From a virus (Duplodnaviria > Heunggongvirae > Uroviricota > Caudoviricetes): DNA of 23,542 nucleotides. Position numbers and translations under genes: made by a program. The stretch is taken from the IMG/VR virus record IMGVR_UViG_643348547_000006. One strand, written 5' to 3'. The notes beneath the pieces were generated by a model. The model was given only the letters and a program-made list of their open reading frames with translations. It was not told the DNA's origin and did not search any database. Below, in pieces: positions 17,720 to 23,542 of the stretch. How positions within the stretch are numbered: the first letter of the stretch is position 1; every line of letters begins with the position of its first letter.

Positions 17720-18826
17720 ATGAACACCACACTGACACCCGCAGATCTCGATCCCCGTCGGCAGGCCATGCTGCTGTACTTTCAGGGATACCGCGTAGCC
17801 CGCATTGCTGAAATGCTGGGCGAGAAAGTTGCAACCGTTCACAGCTGGAAAAAACGCGACAAGTGGGGTGACTATGGGCCGCTGGATCAGATGCAGCTCA
17901 CCACCGCCGCACGCTACTGCCAGCTCATCATGAAGGAGCACAAAGAAGGGAAAGATTTCAAAGAGATTGACCTGCTGGCGCGCCAGTCGGAGCGCCACGC
18001 GCGGATCGGCAAGTTTAACAATGGCGGCAACGAAGCCGACTTAAACCCTAACGTCGCCAACCGCAATAAAGGCCCACGCCGTCAGCCGGAAAAGAATGTT
18101 TTCACCGATGAGCAGATTGAGAAGCTGGAAGAAATCTTCCATTCCTCCATGTTCAACTACCAGCGCCACTGGTGGGAAGCCGGAAAAACCAACCGCATCC
18201 GCAACCTGCTGAAGTCACGCCAGATCGGCGCGACCTTTTACTTTGCCCGTGAAGCCCTGATTGACGCCCTGCTTACCGGACGTAACCAGATTTTCCTTTC
18301 CGCCAGCAAGGCACAGGCCCACGTCTTTAAGCAGTACATCATCGACTTCGCCAAAGAAGTGGGGGTGGAGTTGAAAGGCGATCCGATGGTGCTTCCTAAC
18401 GGGGCCACGCTTTACTTCCTCGGCACCAATGCCCGCACGGCCCAGAGTTATCACGGCAACCTGTATCTGGATGAATATTTCTGGATACCGAAATTCCAGG
18501 AGCTGCGCAAAGTGGCTTCCGGTATGGCTATTCACAAAAAATGGCGACAAACCTATTTTTCCACGCCATCCAGCCTGACACACAGTGCTTATCCGTTCTG
18601 GTCCGGTGCGCTGTTCAACCGTGGGCGCAACAAGGCCGACAAGGTGGACATCGACCTGTCCCACAGCAATCTGGCCCCCGGCCTGCTGTGCGCAGACGGG
18701 CAATACCGCCAGATAGTCACCGTGGAAGATGCGGTGCGCGGCGGCTGTAACCTGTTCGACCTTGACCAGTTGCGCATGGAGTACAGCCCGGACGAATACC
18801 AGAACCTGCTGATGTGCGAGTTTGTG
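17720..18826 (+). pseudogene. P: Terminase large (ATPase) subunit gpP, 5' portion, interrupted by IS26
   Basis: ORF 17720..18853 reads about 369 codons of P and then 8 IS-encoded codons (GAVANSRW) before a stop inside the IS26 end. Confidence 0.85.
18819..18826. repeat. 8-bp target-site duplication AGTTTGTG (left copy) of IS26 copy 2
   Basis: Identical octamer immediately flanks both ends of the 820-bp element. Confidence 0.85.
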
Positions 18827-19646
18827 GGCGCTGTTGCAAATAGTCGGTGGTGATAAACTTATCATCCCTTTTTGCTGATGGAGCTGCACATGAACCCATT
18901 CAAAGGCCGGCATTTTCAGCGTGACATCATTCTGTGGGCCGTACGCTGGTACTGCAAATACGGCATCAGTTACCGTGAGCTGCAGGAGATGCTGGCTGAA
19001 CGCGGAGTGAATGTCGATCACTCCACGATTTACCGCTGGGTTCAGCGTTATGCGCCTGAAATGGAAAAACGGCTGCGCTGGTACTGGCGTAACCCTTCCG
19101 ATCTTTGCCCGTGGCACATGGATGAAACCTACGTGAAGGTCAATGGCCGCTGGGCGTATCTGTACCGGGCCGTCGACAGCCGGGGCCGCACTGTCGATTT
19201 TTATCTCTCCTCCCGTCGTAACAGCAAAGCTGCATACCTGTTTCTGGGTAAAATCCTCAACAACGTGAAGAAGTGGCAGATCCCGCGATTCATCAACACG
19301 GATAAAGCGCCCGCCTATGGTCGCGCGCTTGCTCTGCTCAAACGCGAAGGCCGGTGCCCGTCTGACGTTGAACACCGACAGATTAAGTACCGGAACAACG
19401 TGATTGAATGCGATCATGGCAAACTGAAACGGATAATCGGCGCCACGCTGGGATTTAAATCCATGAAGACGGCTTACGCCACCATCAAAGGTATTGAGGT
19501 GATGCGTGCACTACGCAAAGGCCAGGCCTCAGCATTTTATTATGGTGATCCCCTGGGCGAAATGCGCCTGGTAAGCAGAGTTTTTGAAATGTAAGGCCTT
19601 TGAATAAGACAAAAGGCTGCCTCATCGCTAACTTTGCAACAGTGCC
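18827..19646 (+). mobile_element. IS26-like (IS6 family) insertion sequence, copy 2, 820 bp, with 8-bp target-site duplication
   Basis: Ends GGCGCTGTTGCAAA (18827-18840) and TTTGCAACAGTGCC (19633-19646). Transposase and antisense-ORF translations are identical to copy 1 up to the element boundary. Confidence 0.9.
18890..19594 (+). CDS. tnp26: IS26-family DDE transposase
   Basis: 234 aa from ATG 18890-18892; identical translation to copy 1. Confidence 0.9.
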   Translation: MNPFKGRHFQRDIILWAVRWYCKYGISYRELQEMLAERGVNVDHSTIYRWVQRYAPEMEKRLRWYWRNPSDLCPWHMDETYVKVNGRWAYLYRAVDSRGRTVDFYLSSRRNSKAAYLFLGKILNNVKKWQIPRFINTDKAPAYGRALALLKREGRCPSDVEHRQIKYRNNVIECDHGKLKRIIGATLGFKSMKTAYATIKGIEVMRALRKGQASAFYYGDPLGEMRLVSRVFEM

Positions 19647-19654
19647 AGTTTGTG
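19647..19654. repeat. 8-bp target-site duplication AGTTTGTG (right copy) of IS26 copy 2
   Basis: Matches 18819-18826 exactly. Confidence 0.85.
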
Positions 19655-20314
19655 GACGATCTCGCGTCCGTATTTCCGCTCAGCGAGCTGCAGGCGTGCA
19701 TGGTGGACAGCTGGGAAGTCTGGACCGACTTTCATGCACTGGCTCTGCGCCCGTTTGGCTGGCGCGAAGTGTGGATCGGTTATGACCCGGCAAAAGGTAC
19801 GCAAAACGGCGACAGCGCCGGATGCGTGGTGGTGGCACCGCCAGCCGTGCCTGGTGGTAAGTTCCGCATTCTTGAGCGTCACCAGTGGCGCGGGATGGAC
19901 TTCCGCGCCCAGGCTGACGCCATCAAAAAACTGACCGAACAGTACAACGTGACCTATATCGGTATCGACTCAACCGGCGTTGGTCACGGGGTTTATGAGA
20001 ACGTGAAAGCGTTCTTTCCTGCCGTCCGGGAGTTTGTCTACAACCCCAATGTTAAAAACGCCCTGGTACTCAAGGCCTACGACATTATCAGCCACCGCCG
20101 TCTGGAGTTTGACGCCGGGCACACCGACATTGCGCAGTCATTTATGGCAATCCGTCGCGCTACCACTGCCAGTGGCAACCGCCCGACCTATGAAGCCAGC
20201 CGCAGCGAAGAAGCCAGCCATGCCGATCTGGCCTGGGCAACAATGCACGCACTGTTTAACGAACCGCTGCAGGGCGAGTCCGCCAATACCAGCAATATTG
20301 TGGAGATTTTTTGA
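19647..20314 (+). pseudogene. P: Terminase large subunit gpP, 3' portion
   Basis: Removing the IS and one duplication copy restores a continuous frame ...LLMCEFVDDLASVFPLSELQ...; stop TGA at 20312-20314 overlaps the Q ATG. Confidence 0.85.
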
Positions 20315-21348
20315 TGGGAAAGAGTAAGAAGAACCGCGCTGCGTCGACGAAACAGATCCAGCATAAAAGCCAGACTTCAGCCGAAGCATTCAGCTTCGGT
20401 GATCCCGTTCCTGTTCTGGACCGCCGCGAACTGCTGGACTATGTGGAATGCGTACAGATGGAGTGTTGGTACGAGCCACCCGTAAGTTTTGACGGACTGG
20501 CGCGCACCTTCCGGGCTGCCGTGCATCACAGTTCCCCGATTGCAGTAAAGTGCAACATTCTGACCAGTACCTATATCCCTCATCCGCTGCTCAGCCAACA
20601 GGCTTTTTCGCGTTTTGTACAGGACTATCTGGTATTTGGTAACGCCTACCTGGAGAAACGCACGAACCGATTCGGTGAAGTTATCGCCCTTGAGCCTGCG
20701 CTGGCAAAATACACCCGACGCGGGTTAGACCTGGATACCTACTGGTTTGTGCAATACGGTATGACAACCCAGCCGTATCAGTTCACGAAAGGCAGCATTT
20801 TTCAGCTGATGGAACCGGACATCAACCAGGAGATCTACGGCCTGCCCGGCTATCTTTCTGCCATCCCATCCGCTTTGCTCAACGAGTCCGCCACGCTGTT
20901 CCGCCGCAAGTATTACATTAACGGCAGTCATGCCGGCTTCATCATGTACATGACCGATGCCGCGCAGAACCAGGAGGATGTGAACAACCTCCGCAACGCA
21001 ATGAAAAGCGCCAAAGGTCCGGGTAACTTCCGCAATCTGTTTATGTACTCGCCTAATGGTAAAAAAGACGGACTTCAGATTATCCCGTTGTCAGAAGTCG
21101 CAGCGAAGGATGAATTTCTGAATATCAAAAATGTTAGTCGCGATGACATGATGGCAGCACACCGCGTGCCGCCACAGATGATGGGGATAATGCCAAATAA
21201 TGTTGGGGGGTTTGGGGATGTGGAGAAGGCAAGTAATGTATTTGTACGCAATGAACTAATACCATTGCAAAAAAGATTTGAAGAGTTAAATGTTTGGTTA
21301 AAAGAAAAAGTGATACAGTTCGAAGAATATAAACTTCATTCAAATTAG
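20314..21348 (+). CDS. Q: Portal protein gpQ
   Basis: ATG 20314-20316 overlaps the P stop (TGATG); 344 aa, the size I recall for P2 Q. The last ~50 codons are markedly AT-rich. Confidence 0.85.
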   Translation: MGKSKKNRAASTKQIQHKSQTSAEAFSFGDPVPVLDRRELLDYVECVQMECWYEPPVSFDGLARTFRAAVHHSSPIAVKCNILTSTYIPHPLLSQQAFSRFVQDYLVFGNAYLEKRTNRFGEVIALEPALAKYTRRGLDLDTYWFVQYGMTTQPYQFTKGSIFQLMEPDINQEIYGLPGYLSAIPSALLNESATLFRRKYYINGSHAGFIMYMTDAAQNQEDVNNLRNAMKSAKGPGNFRNLFMYSPNGKKDGLQIIPLSEVAAKDEFLNIKNVSRDDMMAAHRVPPQMMGIMPNNVGGFGDVEKASNVFVRNELIPLQKRFEELNVWLKEKVIQFEEYKLHSN

Positions 21349-21354
21349 CTTTAA

Positions 21355-21373
21355 GGCTGCCAGTTTGGCAGCC
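21355..21373 (+). terminator. Candidate hairpin/terminator after Q (GGCTGCCA-GTT-TGGCAGCC)
   Basis: Perfect 8-bp stem with 3-nt loop 7 nt after the Q stop; the downstream T-tract is weak, so it may instead be a stability or recognition element. Confidence 0.35.
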
Positions 21374-21477
21374 AGAACCTTTATCGCCATTTTAGATAAA
21401 AAGCAAAAAATGGATCAGTAATATGAACCGCCCCGGGAATCCTGGAGACTAAACTTCCTGAGAAAGAGGTAAACAGG

Positions 21478-21804
21478 ATGACTAAAAATACTCGTTTTTC
21501 CCCCGAAGTCCGTCAACGGGCAGTCCGTATGGTTCTGGAAAGTCAGAGCGAATATGACTCACAATGGGCGACAATTTGTTCCATTGCTCCAAAGATTGGC
21601 TGTACGCCGGAGACTCTGCGTGTCTGGGTTCGCCAGCATGAGCGGGATACCGGGGGCGGTGATGGAGGGCTCACCACCGCTGAACGTCAGCGTCTGAAAG
21701 AGCTGGAACGTGAAAATCGTGAACTGCGCCGCAGTAACGATATCCTTCGCCAGGCTTCCGCTTATTTTGCGAAGGCGGAGTTCGACCGCCTCTGGAAAAA
21801 ATGA
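21478..21804 (+). CDS. IS3-family transposase OrfA (helix-turn-helix / leucine-zipper subunit)
   Basis: 108 aa, [23 protein letters not shown]...; recalled as IS629/IS1203 OrfA. Confidence 0.85.
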   Translation: MTKNTRFSPEVRQRAVRMVLESQSEYDSQWATICSIAPKIGCTPETLRVWVRQHERDTGGGDGGLTTAERQRLKELERENRELRRSNDILRQASAYFAKAEFDRLWKK

Positions 21805-22691
21805 TGCCACTGCTGGATAAGCTGCGTGAGCAGTACGGGGTCGGACCGCTATGCAGCGAACTGCATATTGCCCCGTCAACGTATTACCACTGTCAGCAAC
21901 AGCGACATCATCCGGATAAACGCAGTGCCCGTGCGCAGCGCGATGACTGGCTGAAGAAAGAGATACAGCGCGTATACGATGAAAATCACAAGGTATACGG
22001 TGTGCGTAAAGTCTGGCGTCAGTTGTTACGGGAAGGTATCAGAGTGGCCAGATGCACTGTGGCACGTCTCATGGCGGTTATGGGACTTGCCGGTGTTCTC
22101 CGGGGTAAAAAGGTCCGTACGACCATCAGCCGGAAAGCCGTTGCCGCAGGCGACCGCGTAAACCGTCAGTTCGTGGCAGAACGACCTGACCAGCTGTGGG
22201 TGGCTGATTTTACTTACGTCAGCACATGGCGGGGCTTCGTCTATGTGGCGTTCATCATTGATGTGTTTGCCGGATACATCGTGGGGTGGCGGGTCTCATC
22301 GTCCATGGAAACGACATTCGTGCTGGATGCACTGGAGCAGGCGTTATGGGCCCGTCGACCGTCCGGCACGGTCCATCACAGTGATAAAGGTTCTCAGTAT
22401 GTATCGCTGGCCTACACACAGCGGCTTAAGGAAGCCGGATTACTGGCATCAACAGGAAGTACAGGCGACTCGTATGACAACGCGATGGCGGAGAGCATCA
22501 ATGGTCTTTACAAAGCGGAGGTAATACACCGTAAGAGCTGGAAAAACCGTGCAGAAGTGGAACTGGCCACACTCACGTGGGTGGACTGGTATAACAATCG
22601 ACGATTGCTGGAAAGGCTGGGCCATACTCCTCCGGCAGAAGCAGAAAAAGCTTATTATGCTTCCATCGGAAACGATGATCTGGCAGCCTGA
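21801..22691 (+). CDS. IS3-family transposase OrfB (DDE catalytic domain); OrfAB fusion predicted by -1 frameshift
   Basis: 296-aa ORF in the -1 frame relative to orfA, overlapping at the A-run GGAAAAAATGA; contains DDE-type motifs ([15 protein letters not shown]). Confidence 0.85.
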   Translation: MMPLLDKLREQYGVGPLCSELHIAPSTYYHCQQQRHHPDKRSARAQRDDWLKKEIQRVYDENHKVYGVRKVWRQLLREGIRVARCTVARLMAVMGLAGVLRGKKVRTTISRKAVAAGDRVNRQFVAERPDQLWVADFTYVSTWRGFVYVAFIIDVFAGYIVGWRVSSSMETTFVLDALEQALWARRPSGTVHHSDKGSQYVSLAYTQRLKEAGLLASTGSTGDSYDNAMAESINGLYKAEVIHRKSWKNRAEVELATLTWVDWYNNRRLLERLGHTPPAEAEKAYYASIGNDDLAA

Positions 22692-22733
22692 GTTCACAGA
22701 TAAAACACTCTCCAGGAAACCCGGGGCGGTTCA

Positions 22734-23133
22734 GGTGACCAAATACCGAATTACCTTTGTAAGAACGAAGGGGAAGAAAAACAGAAGCATCCCTATCAGT
22801 AAAGAGCTTTACGAAGAGATCATGGCGTTTGATGGGTTCAATTTCTTCACAGACTGCTATTTTCAATTTTTATCCGTGATGGAAAAAACGTCTATCGTGC
22901 TCCCTCGCGGTCAACTGACACACGTTCTGCGCCATACTTTTGCGGCGCACTTCATGATGTCGGGTGGAAACATCCTGGCCTTACAAAAAATTCTCGGACA
23001 CCACGATATAAAAATGACTATGCGTTACGCACATCTGGCACCGGATCATCTGGAAACGGCGCTCCGTTTCAATCCTCTGGCAACATTGCCAAGTGGCGAC
23101 AAAGTGGCGGCAGCGGTTGGCATTACCCCGTAA
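22734..23133 (+). pseudogene. int: Tyrosine integrase, C-terminal catalytic fragment (5'-truncated at the IS629 boundary)
   Basis: Frame open from the IS end; encodes ...RTKGKKNRSIPISKELYEEI...HVLRHTFAAHFMMSGGNILALQKILGHHDIKMTMRYAHLAPDH, i.e. the Lys, His-x-x-Arg, His and Tyr motifs of tyrosine recombinases; the N-terminal domain and first catalytic Arg are absent. Confidence 0.75.
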
Positions 23134-23151
23134 TAACCACCACTGACCACC

Positions 23152-23187
23152 AATCTAACTTATTGTTTCTAATCTAACTTATTGTTT
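23152..23187 (+). repeat. Tandem direct repeat (2 x 17 bp AATCTAACTTATTGTTT, 2-bp spacer) in the attL region
   Basis: Read directly from sequence, 19 bp after the int stop; could be integrase arm-type sites or part of the att core. Confidence 0.5.
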
Positions 23188-23194
23188 TCATTAA

Positions 23195-23542
23195 CCCGTT
23201 TACATAAATGGCAGTAACATTTATGCCTTCCGCGCCAATTGTTCGTATCGTCGCCACTTCGAGAGCTGGTTTCATGCTGACGGTGCCGCTCCGGGAACTA
23301 TCCATGAGATGGAGTCTTATCACGGAATGTTGGCCTGTGTGGTCGCAGGAGCAGGCATTGCGCTTATTCCACGCTCTATGCTGGAAAGTATGCCGGGGCA
23401 TCACCAGGTTGAAGCGTGGCCGTTAGCTGAGCAATGGCGTTGGTTAACAACCTGGCTGGTCTGGCGTCGCGGTGCGAAAACGCGTCCGCTTGAGGCATTT
23501 ATTCAACTACTGGATGTGTCTGACTCGGCAAAACAGAGTTAG
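23195..23542 (+). CDS. LysR-type transcriptional regulator, C-terminal portion only (host flank)
   Basis: Frame opens at 23195 after a TAA, with no upstream coding capacity; ...[28 protein letters not shown]... resembles the C-terminal effector-domain region of LysR-family regulators; stop TAG at the window end. Confidence 0.5.
   Translation, partial: PVYINGSNIYAFRANCSYRRHFESWFHADGAAPGTIHEMESYHGMLACVVAGAGIALIPRSMLESMPGHHQVEAWPLAEQWRWLTTWLVWRRGAKTRPLEAFIQLLDVSDSAKQS

Larger units (their letters stand above)
21424..22733 (+). mobile_element. IS3-family insertion sequence, IS629/IS1203/IS3411-like, 1310 bp
   Basis: Imperfect terminal inverted repeats TGAACCGCCCCGGGAATCCTGGAG (left) and CTCCAGGAAACCCGGGGCGGTTCA (right); orfA/orfB arrangement with an A6 slippery run at 21796-21801. 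No 3-bp duplication (ATA left vs GGT right). Confidence 0.85.

Noticed and set aside
17714-17731. Second TGT-N12-ACA match near the P start
   Set aside because: It overlaps the P start codon and coding sequence, so it is on the wrong side for an upstream activator site; likely chance.
18215-19417. 400-aa ORF on the minus strand
   Set aside because: It is antisense to the IS26 transposase and the 3' end of the P fragment. Its translation is identical to the antisense ORF of copy 1 (7538..8176) up to the IS boundary and then diverges, so it is an artefact of the IS sequence read on the wrong strand.
7309-19646. IS26-bounded composite transposon carrying cargo such as resistance genes
   Set aside because: The two copies are in inverted, not direct, orientation and the intervening DNA is colinear P2-like phage sequence with no non-phage cargo ORFs.
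23152-23187. Possible CRISPR array
   Set aside because: Only two repeat copies with a 2-bp spacer, and no cas genes; better explained as integrase arm-type or att repeats.
1-23542. Novel defence or other undescribed system
   Set aside because: Every region of the window is accounted for by P2-like genes, three IS elements, att and a host-gene fragment; the two P2 accessory hotspots (between G and FI, and between cos and the early genes) are occupied or deleted by IS elements, leaving no unexplained cargo ORFs.

Overview
This window is almost the whole of a degraded P2-like (Peduovirus-type) prophage, running from the stop codon of ogr (base 1, attR side) to a truncated integrase and attL-like junction, then the 3' end of a LysR-type host gene at the window end. 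Gene order and strands match phage P2 read in reverse: ogr-D-U-T-E/E'-FII-FI-[IS26]-H'-I-J-W-V-S-R-lysCBA-K-Y-X-L-M-N-O on the minus strand, then P and Q on the plus strand. Three insertion sequences disrupt it: (1) an IS26-like element (7309-8128) with no target-site duplication that truncates tail-fibre gene H, with G and the Z/fun locus absent; (2) an identical IS26-like copy in inverted orientation (18827-19646) inserted into terminase gene P with a perfect 8-bp duplication AGTTTGTG; (3) an IS629-like IS3-family element (21424-22733) with no duplication, sitting 75 bp after Q and abutting the C-terminal third of a tyrosine integrase, so the whole early region expected from the P2 layout is missing. 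The remaining morphogenesis and lysis ORFs appear intact, and the P2-type E/E' -1 frameshift site and three TTGT-N12-ACAA dyads upstream of FI, O/P and V are visible. I found no candidate for a novel defence or other undescribed system: both P2 accessory hotspots are occupied or deleted by IS elements, and every long ORF outside the annotated genes is antisense to a phage gene. All protein identifications are from my recollection of P2-family and IS sequences, not from database searches.
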